From Terriglobia bacterium (GTDB lineage: Bacteria; Acidobacteriota; Terriglobia; 20CM-2-55-15): a DNA stretch of 64,000 bases. The position numbers and the translations under genes are program-made. The notes below the pieces were generated by a model. The model did not search any database. It was not told the origin of the DNA and saw only the letters and a program-made list of their open reading frames with translations. Positions 50,430 through 59,411 of this stretch are shown here, in pieces; within the stretch, counting starts at the first letter, position 1; each line of letters starts with the position of its first letter. The DNA lies in NCBI GenBank assembly GCA_965198225.1, contig CBDAOY010000007.1, positions 768,001 through 832,000 of the forward strand, read 5' to 3'.

Positions 50430-52535
50430 CTACTTCCTCTCCCTCTGCGACGTACTCACTCCCTCCTCTATCAGCCAGTGGACGAACCAGCTCCTCATTC
50501 TCTCCAGCCGGTCGACCAGCAACCAGGGCTCGCCCGAGCGGGACAGACCGTGCGACGAGCGTGGGTAGCGGACGAGTTCAGTCGGGACCCGGTTCTTCAT
50601 TAGAGACATGAACCATTGTTCTCCGTCACCTATCGGAGTCCGGTAGTCGTTCTCGCTGTGGATGATGAGCGTCGGAGCGGTCACATTCTCGACGTATGAG
50701 ATCGGAGAGAGCCGGCGGTACAGTTCTCTCTGTTCCCAGGGCGCGCCGAAGAACTCGTATTCGGTCAGTCCCTGCGCATCGGACGTGCCCCACCAACTCT
50801 CCCAGTTCGTGATCGATCGGCTCGTCACCGCGGCCGCGAACCGGTCCGTTGTCGCCGTCAACCAGTTGGTCATGTACCCGCCGTAGCTTCCTCCGGCAAC
50901 TCCGACACGGTCCGCATCGATTTCCGCGTACCTCGCGACCGCAGCATCCACGCCGCCCAGGTAATCCTCCTGGTCCATCTCACCCCACTGCCCACGCGTG
51001 GCGTAGGTGAACTCATGACCGTAGCCGGAGGATCCTCTCGGGTTCGGGTAGAGAACGAAGAAGCCGGCGTTCGACAGGACGTGGAAGGTACGGAACCAGT
51101 AATTGCCGTAGGAACCGTGAGGCCCGCCATGGATCTTCAGGATCAGCGGGTATTTCTGACCCGGTGAATAACCGACAGGCTTGATCAGCCAGCCTTCGAT
51201 CTCGGTGCCGTCCTCGACCGTCCAGGACAGGCGTTCTGCGGGCATGAGATCGACCTCCTGGAGCCATTCCTCATTGAACGAGGTCAGACGCTGCTCACCG
51301 CTGCCGTCCGTCCGGCTCACATAGAGATCGCTCGGCGTCAACGGGTCGGTCAGCGCGTAAGCCATCACGGACCCGTCCTCGGCCGCGGAAATGGATCGCA
51401 GCGTCCGGTCGCCGCTCGTGATCTGGCGTACCTGGCCCTGGAGGCTCGCCTCGAACAGGTGGGTGTTCCCGCTGGTCCCGGCCGTAAAGCGGATGGCGTT
51501 CCCGTCCCTCGTCCATCGGAGAGCGCCCGGTGCCAGGCTCCAGTCGGCGGTCAGGTTCGTTCGACCGCCCGCGAAGCTGCCGTCTGCAGCGATGTCGACG
51601 AGCATCACGTCGGTCTCGGCACCGCGCTCCGAGGTGTAGAGGAATGCCAGTTGCGTTCCGTCGGGAGACACCGCGGCAGAACGCTCCGAACCCGGGTTGG
51701 TCGTGAGGCGCCGGACGTCGCCACCGGACGCCGACACGGCGTAGATGTCCTGCGTCTGGTCCCTGTTGTACTCGTTGTTCTGCTCCTCATTGCCGGTGAA
51801 CAACAAGGTTTGACCCTCGGCGGTCCATGTGACGCCGCCGACGTCGAAAGCCATTTCTGTCAGCTGCCGCGCTTCACCCCCTTGGGCGTTCACGACAAAC
51901 AGCTGTGCCTTGTCGCGGACCGAGTAGTGTGGACGCAGGCTCAGGATTCCATCGCTCTTGTAGCGCATGCTCGTGACGACACGACCGTCGAATCGCACCG
52001 GGTCGAGAGTGCGCGTGATGGCGTCAGGCGCGATCCAGCCCTCTCCTTCCTCGCCGTCATCTTCCTCGTCCCCACCGTCAGGGCGCCGTGTGAACGCGAT
52101 GCGCTGACCGTCCGGTGACCAGGTCGGTGAGCCGATCACACCCTCGATGTGGAAAGCTTCTCCCCCACCGGCCTCCATCCGCAGGAACCATACGTCGTTG
52201 GAATCTTCACCACGGCGGGATTCGAAAGCCAGGAGGGACCCATCCGGCGACCACCTGGGAGAGGAGGCCTCTTCGGTCGGGCTGGTCAGTCGAAAACTGC
52301 CACCGTCCGGCACGCCGTTTGCGAGCCGCTGAAGCCATATCTCTCGATGCCGTTTGTTCTTGTACTCCATGACCGTCATGACGGTAAAGGCGACGAGATC
52401 ACCGGCCGGGGAAACCGCGGTGTCCTGGATCGTGAGCTCCTTGTAGAAGTCTTCGGGGATCAACCCGCGCTTCTGCGCCAGGACGAATCCGGCAGTCAGA
52501 AGAATGGTGACGGACACTGTTACGAAACGACGCAT
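50430..52535 (-). CDS. S9 family peptidase (acylaminoacyl/dipeptidyl peptidase-like)
   Basis: PD40 repeats, IHGGPH, NPRGS, GGSYGG, DYRTP, SHG. Confidence 0.92.
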   Translation of the reverse strand: MRRFVTVSVTILLTAGFVLAQKRGLIPEDFYKELTIQDTAVSPAGDLVAFTVMTVMEYKNKRHREIWLQRLANGVPDGGSFRLTSPTEEASSPRWSPDGSLLAFESRRGEDSNDVWFLRMEAGGGEAFHIEGVIGSPTWSPDGQRIAFTRRPDGGDEEDDGEEGEGWIAPDAITRTLDPVRFDGRVVTSMRYKSDGILSLRPHYSVRDKAQLFVVNAQGGEARQLTEMAFDVGGVTWTAEGQTLLFTGNEEQNNEYNRDQTQDIYAVSASGGDVRRLTTNPGSERSAAVSPDGTQLAFLYTSERGAETDVMLVDIAADGSFAGGRTNLTADWSLAPGALRWTRDGNAIRFTAGTSGNTHLFEASLQGQVRQITSGDRTLRSISAAEDGSVMAYALTDPLTPSDLYVSRTDGSGEQRLTSFNEEWLQEVDLMPAERLSWTVEDGTEIEGWLIKPVGYSPGQKYPLILKIHGGPHGSYGNYWFRTFHVLSNAGFFVLYPNPRGSSGYGHEFTYATRGQWGEMDQEDYLGGVDAAVARYAEIDADRVGVAGGSYGGYMTNWLTATTDRFAAAVTSRSITNWESWWGTSDAQGLTEYEFFGAPWEQRELYRRLSPISYVENVTAPTLIIHSENDYRTPIGDGEQWFMSLMKNRVPTELVRYPRSSHGLSRSGEPWLLVDRLERMRSWFVHWLIEEGVSTSQRERK

Positions 52536-52762
52536 GATATGCCTCCGCACGATTCCTGCCACGGGGTGCTCGGCCCGAGACATTGTCGGTTTTTTCCAGT
52601 TCGGAATGCCGCCATACTAAACTGTGGAACTCGACGGTGCCAGCGGTTTCAGCAGTGGTCAATCTCCGCCATTTGTTTGCTTCGACACTCCGGTTGGCGA
52701 TGGAGTAGTGTTTCTGGTGATTTCGTCCGCCTCCCGCCGGGAGCGGGCAGAATGTTGGAGGA

Positions 52763-53140
52763 ATGATGAAAATAATCGCGAGGGCTTCTTTCGTTCTGGT
52801 CGCACTGGTTCTTCTGGCCTGGCAAGCGGCGGCCCAAAATCCCAATATCGCGGGAGAATGGTCGATGGTGGTCGAATCCGAACAGGGACCGATGGAGGCT
52901 GCCCTTACGTTGTCCTTCGACCGTCAGGGTTACCTCTCTGGCAAGATCGACGGTCCGCAGGGCGAGACGGCGATTACCGGGGAGACCGCCGGCGAGGAGA
53001 TTTACTTCGGATTCACGTTCAGCGGCAACGGACAGGAAATTGCGATCAGCTTCGAGGGGTACTGGACCGAGTCCGAGATGGAAGGAGTCGTGTACTTCGG
53101 CGAGTTCGGTTCCGGGGACTGGTACGCGACCAGAGAGTGA
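52763..53140 (+). CDS. Small secreted hypothetical protein
   Basis: GGAGG RBS; signal peptide AAA-QN; acidic beta-rich sequence. Confidence 0.7.
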   Translation: MMKIIARASFVLVALVLLAWQAAAQNPNIAGEWSMVVESEQGPMEAALTLSFDRQGYLSGKIDGPQGETAITGETAGEEIYFGFTFSGNGQEIAISFEGYWTESEMEGVVYFGEFGSGDWYATRE

Positions 53141-53141
53141 A

Positions 53142-54161
53142 ATGAATCCGCGCGGCGCGGATTCGTCCGCGCCCGGGCGGACGCCCGCCATGTCTCCTCC
53201 GAGGGCCTACCAAACTATCGACGCGCACGCTGCCGGTGAACCCCTGCGGATCATCGTCTCCGGGGTGCCGCCCATTCCGGGTGCGACGATGCTCGAGAAG
53301 CGAGCCTACATCCGGGAAAACCTCGATTTCATCCGAACCTCTTTGATGCTCGAGCCCCGGGGCCATGCCGACATGTACGGCTGCGTCCTGACCCCACCGG
53401 TGTCTGAGAGCGGCGATCTCGGCGTGCTGTTTATGCACAACGAGGGCTACAGCACGATGTGCGGGCACGGCGTGATCGCTCTGACGACCGTGGCCGTCGA
53501 GAACGGGCTCGTTGCCGAATCGTCCGTGATCGCGCTCGACACTCCGGCCGGAACGGTGCATGCCAGGCCCACGATAGAAGGGACGCGCGTGGTTGGGGTA
53601 AGTTTCGAGAACGTTCCCTCATTTGTGCTCGAGAACGATGTGGCGGTCCTCGGGATGTCGGTCGATGTCGCGTTCGGCGGAGCCTTCTACGCGATTGCCG
53701 ATTCGCCGTTGCCGATCGACGGCTCCCACCTGCCCGAACTTCGGGAATTGGGGATGAAGTTGAAAAGGGCTGTCGAGGAAGATCGGGAGATCGTTCACCC
53801 GCTCGAGCCCGGCCTTCGGGGTATCTACGGCACGATTTTTTGCGGACCGCCGCGGAGGGAGGGAGCGACCGCCCGGAACGTCACCGTGTTCGCGGACGCC
53901 GAGGTCGATCGGTCGCCGTGCGGCACCGGTACCTGCGCCGTCATGGCGATGCGGGTTCAGAAAGGGTTGCTTGGCGACGAACACACTTTCCGGCACGAAA
54001 GCATCATCGGTACAGTGTTCGACGGGCGGGTCATCCGCAGAGCACGCGTAGGGGGCATCGAAGCCGTCATTCCCGAGATCAGCGGCAGTGCCTACATCAC
54101 CGGCTACAGCACGTTCGTTGTCGACGAAGCTGACCCCCTCGGCCGAGGCTTCCGGCTATAG
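53142..54161 (+). CDS. Proline racemase / hydroxyproline epimerase family (Cys/Cys; alternative start 53190)
   Basis: DAHAAGEPLR, EPRGH, MCGHG, DRSPCGTGT. Confidence 0.9.
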   Translation: MNPRGADSSAPGRTPAMSPPRAYQTIDAHAAGEPLRIIVSGVPPIPGATMLEKRAYIRENLDFIRTSLMLEPRGHADMYGCVLTPPVSESGDLGVLFMHNEGYSTMCGHGVIALTTVAVENGLVAESSVIALDTPAGTVHARPTIEGTRVVGVSFENVPSFVLENDVAVLGMSVDVAFGGAFYAIADSPLPIDGSHLPELRELGMKLKRAVEEDREIVHPLEPGLRGIYGTIFCGPPRREGATARNVTVFADAEVDRSPCGTGTCAVMAMRVQKGLLGDEHTFRHESIIGTVFDGRVIRRARVGGIEAVIPEISGSAYITGYSTFVVDEADPLGRGFRL

Positions 54162-54171
54162 CTGCTTGGTC

Positions 54172-54504
54172 CTAGCCCACCTTCGCAGTGGCCAGGTGTA
54201 TCTTCCTGATCTGGCGCTTGAGTCCGTGAATCTGGCGGCGGACGGCCTTCAAGCCCTTGTGATCGTGTGCCTCGATCAGCTTGTTGCGCTCGACTTTGAG
54301 TTCTCGAATCTTGAGTTTGAGATCGCCCTTGTCGTGAACTTCGTCACCGGACATCTCTTCATGGGGCTTCTCGATACCAAGTGCGCCGGCGAGTTCTTCG
54401 ACGAGCTTTCCCTTGTTCCAGCCGGTGACCCCTTTCATGCCCTGCTCGTGCGCCATCTCCCGCAACTTGACGACAGTCGTCTTCTCCAGATCATGCCATT
54501 TCAT
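54172..54504 (-). CDS. Small basic protein with Rho-N-like domain
   Basis: LEKTTVVKLREMA..GVTGWNKGKLV followed by a coiled coil. Confidence 0.6.
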   Translation of the reverse strand: MKWHDLEKTTVVKLREMAHEQGMKGVTGWNKGKLVEELAGALGIEKPHEEMSGDEVHDKGDLKLKIRELKVERNKLIEAHDHKGLKAVRRQIHGLKRQIRKIHLATAKVG

Positions 54505-54528
54505 TTCCGATTACCCTTCGCTAGAAAA

Positions 54529-54654
54529 GGGACAGACACCGTGTCCCAAAAAAAGGGACAGGGACTGTGTCCCCAATTTAAGGACCAATATATCAGAGAC
54601 ATAGAAAAGGGGACACCGGTGTGTATCCGACAGCGGGGACATTCTGATTCCCCG
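54529..54654. repeat. Cluster of GGGACA..TGTCCC mini-hairpins
   Basis: gggacagacaccgtgtccc, gggacagggactgtgtccc and two degenerate units. Confidence 0.55.
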
Positions 54655-54767
54655 GTAAGGGTTCGTCTAGGATTTGAGTCCACCTTAAACGGCTGATCCA
54701 CGTCTCAAATCTATATGGAGTAAAGATTTATACGGGCTGTCAAAATTGGACGATAGGCGTCGCAACC

Positions 54768-56753
54768 ATGATTGGAAAGCTTGTCGGGCATTATCAGATC
54801 GAGAGTGAGATCGGCGCGGGCGGTATGGGGGTCCTGTACAAGGCCGAGGACACGAGACTCAATCGCCCGGTTGCTCTCAAGTTCCTGCCGCCGAAATATG
54901 CCGAGGACCGCCAGGCGCTGGAGCGTTTCCGCCGCGAGGGCCGCGCGGCCTCGGCGCTGAATCACCCCAACATCTGCACGATCTACGGGATCGACGAGCA
55001 CGAGGGACAACCCTTCATCGTTATGGAGTATCTCGAGGGGCAGACGGTGAAGGAACGAATTGTCGCCGGTGGCTTCGAGGTCGAAGAACTGATCGAGGTC
55101 GGCATCCAGATCGGCGACGCGCTCGATGCGGCCCATGCTCGGGGAATTATCCACAGGGACATAAAGCCGGCCAATATATTCATCACAGAACGGGGGCAGG
55201 CGAAAGCTCTTGATTTCGGTCTGGCCAAACTTGTGGACGACGACGCTTCGATGGGGTCGCAGACCCGCGATTCCGCCACCGAGGATGGGAACCTGACCAA
55301 CCCCGGTGCCGCGGTCGGTACTGTCGCCTACATGTCGCCTGAGCAGGCTCGGGGAGAAAAGGTCGACTCTCGAACCGACCTCTTTGCCATGGGTGTCGTC
55401 CTGTACGAGATGGCGACCGGCCGGCAGGCATTCAGGGGCAGCAGCACGGCCGTCCTGTACGACGCGATTCTAAACAGGGACCCCACACCGATCACCGACC
55501 ACGATCCCGACCTCCCGGCCGAGTTGGACCAGATCGTTCAGAAGTCGCTCGAGAAAGACCGCCGCCTCCGGTACCAGCATGCGTCGGAACTACGCACCGA
55601 CCTGACGAGGCTCAAGAGAACCTCCGATTCGGGACGGCTGGCCGCCGCCGCACCCCGACGGGATGGGTCGGAGCGGACTGGAAACGTCTGGCTGGCACTT
55701 GCCGGTCTCGTGGGTCTCGTCGGCCTGGCGGTCGCGTTCATCGTGGTGACGGGAGGCGACCCGCCGCCCGCTCCGGTCTCGGAAGGATCGCTGGCGGTAA
55801 TGTACTTCGAGAATCTCGCCGACGCGGACGATTCCGAAGGCCTGGGCCGGATGATGACGAGTCTGCTGACGACCGAGCTGTCCCGTTCGGGCGACATGGA
55901 CGTCGTCAGCCGACAGCGGTTGAATGATCTTGCGCGGGAGCTTGGGCACGAAACCGGACCCGTCGACAGCACCGTGGCCACCGAAGTCGCCCGGATGGCT
56001 GGGGTGGGAACCATGGTTCTCGGCCAGGTCGCCCAGGCGGGGGAACGGATCGTCGTTTCCGCCGACCTGGTGGATGTGGAGACCGGACGCCTGATTGCGT
56101 CGCCGCGCGCGGAGGGAATGAGTGTCGATGATGTGTTCAGCATGGCCGAGGACCTCGGGATGGAAGTCCGCCGGGAGATGCAGACCTCGACGGATGTCGG
56201 AGGAACCATCAACGGGGAACTGGACGCGTCGTTGACGGCTTCGGTCGGAGCCTATCGTGCGTACGCGGAAGGCGACGCCTTGTTCCAGGAGGGAAATTTC
56301 GAAGACGCCGCGGATCGATTTCGGGAGGCTGCCGAACTGGATGACCGGTTCGCGATGGCGTATTACCGGATGAGCGTTGCCTGTTTTGCCGCCGGGGATG
56401 AGGTGGGTGCCAGAGAGGCTTCCGAGGATGCCCTGAATCGGATCGAGCTCCTTCCGGACGGGCTGAGAGACGTGGTCCGCGCGAACTCCCTGATCATGGA
56501 GGGGGATTGGACCGGCGCGATCTCTCACGTGTCTACCGCTCTCGAGAAGGACAGTCAAGACAGGGAGGCCCTGTGGATGCTGGGCGCCTTGTATCTGTAT
56601 TCCTCGCCCGGAGACGATCCGGAACAGACTGCGGAACTGCTTGAACAGGTCGAGCGTCTGGACCCGAACTTCGACATCGTATACTCGCCACTGTCGTGGG
56701 CCTACGCCTATCAGGGTCTGCAGTCGATGACGATGGAGGAGATGGGCCCGTGA
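54768..56753 (+). CDS. Hanks-type Ser/Thr kinase with TM helix and extracytoplasmic TPR-like region
   Basis: IGAGGMGVLY, VALK, HRDIKPAN, DFG, YMSPE. Confidence 0.92.
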   Translation: MIGKLVGHYQIESEIGAGGMGVLYKAEDTRLNRPVALKFLPPKYAEDRQALERFRREGRAASALNHPNICTIYGIDEHEGQPFIVMEYLEGQTVKERIVAGGFEVEELIEVGIQIGDALDAAHARGIIHRDIKPANIFITERGQAKALDFGLAKLVDDDASMGSQTRDSATEDGNLTNPGAAVGTVAYMSPEQARGEKVDSRTDLFAMGVVLYEMATGRQAFRGSSTAVLYDAILNRDPTPITDHDPDLPAELDQIVQKSLEKDRRLRYQHASELRTDLTRLKRTSDSGRLAAAAPRRDGSERTGNVWLALAGLVGLVGLAVAFIVVTGGDPPPAPVSEGSLAVMYFENLADADDSEGLGRMMTSLLTTELSRSGDMDVVSRQRLNDLARELGHETGPVDSTVATEVARMAGVGTMVLGQVAQAGERIVVSADLVDVETGRLIASPRAEGMSVDDVFSMAEDLGMEVRREMQTSTDVGGTINGELDASLTASVGAYRAYAEGDALFQEGNFEDAADRFREAAELDDRFAMAYYRMSVACFAAGDEVGAREASEDALNRIELLPDGLRDVVRANSLIMEGDWTGAISHVSTALEKDSQDREALWMLGALYLYSSPGDDPEQTAELLEQVERLDPNFDIVYSPLSWAYAYQGLQSMTMEEMGP

Positions 56754-56779
56754 GTCAGCCCGGGTAGGAGAAAACGCTG

Positions 56780-57595
56780 ATGAACAGAACGATTCAGTCC
56801 GTTTTCGTTTGCGTTGGACTCATGATCGGTGCGCCGGCTGCTTGGGCGCAGGATGATGAACCCATCAGCCTGACGGTGGAGTTCAGCGATCCCGGCATGG
56901 CCGGATTGCTGCGTATGAACCTCATACACGCGACGGTTCATGTGAGTGGCTATGACGGCGACGTCGTGCAGGTCGAGGCGAGCGGGGGTACGAGCGTGGA
57001 GCCCCCGGCACCCCCCATGCCCCCGCGTCGCGGAAGGGGACCCCGGCCGCCTCGGCGCCGCCTACCGGAAACGTTGACGGCGAGGGAGAGGAACAACGTC
57101 ATCACGGTCCGGTCCAGCATGGTGGGTCTGAGGGTCGAAATTCGGGTTCCAAGGCGGACTTCCCTGAACCTGAACGGCGCAGTCGGGGACATCGTCATTG
57201 AGGACGTCGCCGGTCGGCGTGTCACCGTCAACACCCAGGCCGGCAGCGTGGAATTGCGAGATGTAACGGGCTCCGCGTCCGTGCGTACGCTCGCCGGAGA
57301 CCTGAGCGTCTCGTTTCCGTCGGGACAGGTGGGAGAAATGGAGTGTGTCACGCTCAACGGGACGATCGACGTTTCGATTCCCGGTGACGTGAATGCCACG
57401 CTCCGGCTGGAGAACCAGTTCGGTTCGGTGGAGAGTGAGTTTGAGATGGACGAGATGACCGCGCGTCGTTCCCCGCGGCGCAGGGACATGCCGTACAAGA
57501 AGGTCTGGTTGAGCAACGTCAATGAGGGCGGTCCGACGCTGCTCTTCCGCAACACCGTCGGCAACATCGTCGTCCGCCGGTCCGGAGGACGTTGA
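56780..57595 (+). CDS. Secreted DUF4097 (adhesin-like beta repeat) protein
   Basis: Signal peptide; repeated T.xG.I.V units. Confidence 0.75.
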   Translation: MNRTIQSVFVCVGLMIGAPAAWAQDDEPISLTVEFSDPGMAGLLRMNLIHATVHVSGYDGDVVQVEASGGTSVEPPAPPMPPRRGRGPRPPRRRLPETLTARERNNVITVRSSMVGLRVEIRVPRRTSLNLNGAVGDIVIEDVAGRRVTVNTQAGSVELRDVTGSASVRTLAGDLSVSFPSGQVGEMECVTLNGTIDVSIPGDVNATLRLENQFGSVESEFEMDEMTARRSPRRRDMPYKKVWLSNVNEGGPTLLFRNTVGNIVVRRSGGR

Positions 57596-57636
57596 GCCAA
57601 ATCGAGGCCGACTCGCCCTGAATCGACGCGAACAAC

Positions 57637-57662
57637 AGCCCGCTTACGGCGGGCTTCTTTTT
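57637..57662 (+). terminator. Intrinsic terminator
   Basis: agcccgc-ttacg-gcgggct followed by a T-tract. Confidence 0.7.
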
Positions 57663-57676
57663 AATGTCCACAACCT

Positions 57677-57976
57677 ATGCCGGGACCACTCGATAACGTC
57701 ACTGTCGCGATCACTGGGCATCGGCGCGAGCGCGAACTCACGACGCTGATCGAGCGTTACGGCGCCTGTGTCGTGTCTTGTCCGTTGCTCGAAGAGGTTC
57801 CGGTCAAAGACCGTTCCGAACTCCAGGGCTTCGTCCGGTCTCTCGTCGGCGGAGAGTTCGACATGATGGTGTTCTTTACCGGAGTCGGCGTCCGCTTCAT
57901 CGCCGCCGACAAGGACATGCTGAATCTGGCTGCCCATCTGCCAGAGCAAAAGACCGAACGGGAGGCGGAGAGTTGA
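57677..57976 (+). pseudogene. Truncated uroporphyrinogen-III synthase (HemD)-like fragment
   Basis: VAITGHRRERELTTLIERYGA..FFTGVGV; only 99 aa. Confidence 0.55.
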
Positions 57977-59139
57977 GCTCTAAGCCCTCCGGGCTGGTCG
58001 ACATCCACCGGATCATCGGGAGTTACGAAGGGACAGGCCGCGGGCCACTCGTAGTCTTAATCGGCGGTCTCCACGGCAACGAGCCTTCCGGAGTGCATGC
58101 CTGCCGCCGAGTGCTTGCGTCGATCGAGTCTCGGCAGCACGATTTCAGGGGGCAGTTTCTGGCTCTCGCCGGCAACATCCGGGCGCTCGAGCGCGGTTGT
58201 CGCTATGTCGACGAGGATCTGAACAGGATCTGGCTCGACGATCGGATCGCGAAGAACAGGAACGAAGGTGCGCCCACGAGCAGCGAGGACGCCGAGCATC
58301 GCGCGCTGCTCGTGCAGCTGGATCGGGCCCTGTCGGGCGCCAACGGCGCAGTCTATGTTCTGGATCTGCACACCACCTCCGCACCCGGCACTCCCTTTTC
58401 GGTCCTGGGAGACACGCTGCACAACCGTCGCCTGGCCTGGAACCTGCCCGGTCCGATCGTACTGGGGCTCGAAGAGCATCTCGACGGCACGCTGCTGAAC
58501 TACATCAACAAGCTCGGCCACACCGCCGTCGGTTTTGAGGGTGGGCAGCACGCCGCGACTTCTTCGATCGCTGCCCACGAGCTCGCCGTGTGGCAGACGC
58601 TGATCCATGCCGGCTGTGTCGAATCTTCCGATTGCCCGGATGTGGACCGCCTGAAACGGGTCGTCATGTCGCGGGTGAAGGGGGTTCCACGGGCGGTCGA
58701 GATCCGGCACCGGCACCACGTCGATCCGGATCGTACGTTCGTCATGGCACCGGGATTCGAGAACCTGGGGCCGGTCCGGAAGGGGCAGTTACTCGGTCGG
58801 GACCGTCAGGGGGACATACGGGCCCTCGAAGCAGGACGGGTACTGATGCCGCTCTACCAGAGCCAGGGCCGGGACGGGTTCTTTATCGTCCGAGAGGTTC
58901 GACCGTTCTGGTTGGGTGTCGCCGCGGCCATGAGACGTCTACACCTCTATCGAGTCCTGCCGTTCCTGCCGGGAGTCGGTCGGCATCCGACGCTCGAAGA
59001 CACGCTCATCGTCGACTTGCGGATCGCCCGGTGGTTCGTGATCCAGATCTTCCACCTGCTGGGATACCGCAAAGAGCGATCCGAAGCCGGCAAACTGGTT
59101 CTCAGTCGCCGCCGCGAGCGGCTGGCCACCATCCTCTAG
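57973..59139 (+). CDS. Succinylglutamate desuccinylase/aspartoacylase family (M14-like)
   Basis: GGLHGNE, DLNR, LDLHTTS, GFEGGQH. Confidence 0.88.
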   Translation: MSSKPSGLVDIHRIIGSYEGTGRGPLVVLIGGLHGNEPSGVHACRRVLASIESRQHDFRGQFLALAGNIRALERGCRYVDEDLNRIWLDDRIAKNRNEGAPTSSEDAEHRALLVQLDRALSGANGAVYVLDLHTTSAPGTPFSVLGDTLHNRRLAWNLPGPIVLGLEEHLDGTLLNYINKLGHTAVGFEGGQHAATSSIAAHELAVWQTLIHAGCVESSDCPDVDRLKRVVMSRVKGVPRAVEIRHRHHVDPDRTFVMAPGFENLGPVRKGQLLGRDRQGDIRALEAGRVLMPLYQSQGRDGFFIVREVRPFWLGVAAAMRRLHLYRVLPFLPGVGRHPTLEDTLIVDLRIARWFVIQIFHLLGYRKERSEAGKLVLSRRRERLATIL

Positions 59140-59404
59140 TGACCTGTAACAGTGCTATCGGTACCAGCGTTCGGCGGAACGGCGTCGGATTCTAGGAGTG
59201 ACGCCCGAGCCAATACTGTTTCATTGCGAGGGCGTTACGACACCGAAGACGGCGCCGTTCCGCCGAACCCTTCGGGCCGATGCCGGGCGATCTCTTTGTC
59301 GGAAGCCGTCAGCGATGAAAGAGCATCGCTTTCCGTCTCCCTCCTCGACCTCGCCCGCAAGACCCATCGGCGATGGTGCCGATAGCACTGTTACAGGCCA
59401 CTAG
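59136..59404. mobile_element. CTAG-bounded structured element (MITE-like), subfamily 1, copy D
   Basis: TIR ctagtgacctgtaacagtgctatcggtacca / tggtgccgatagcactgttacaggccactag. Confidence 0.8.
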
Positions 59405-59411
59405 ACTTCGC

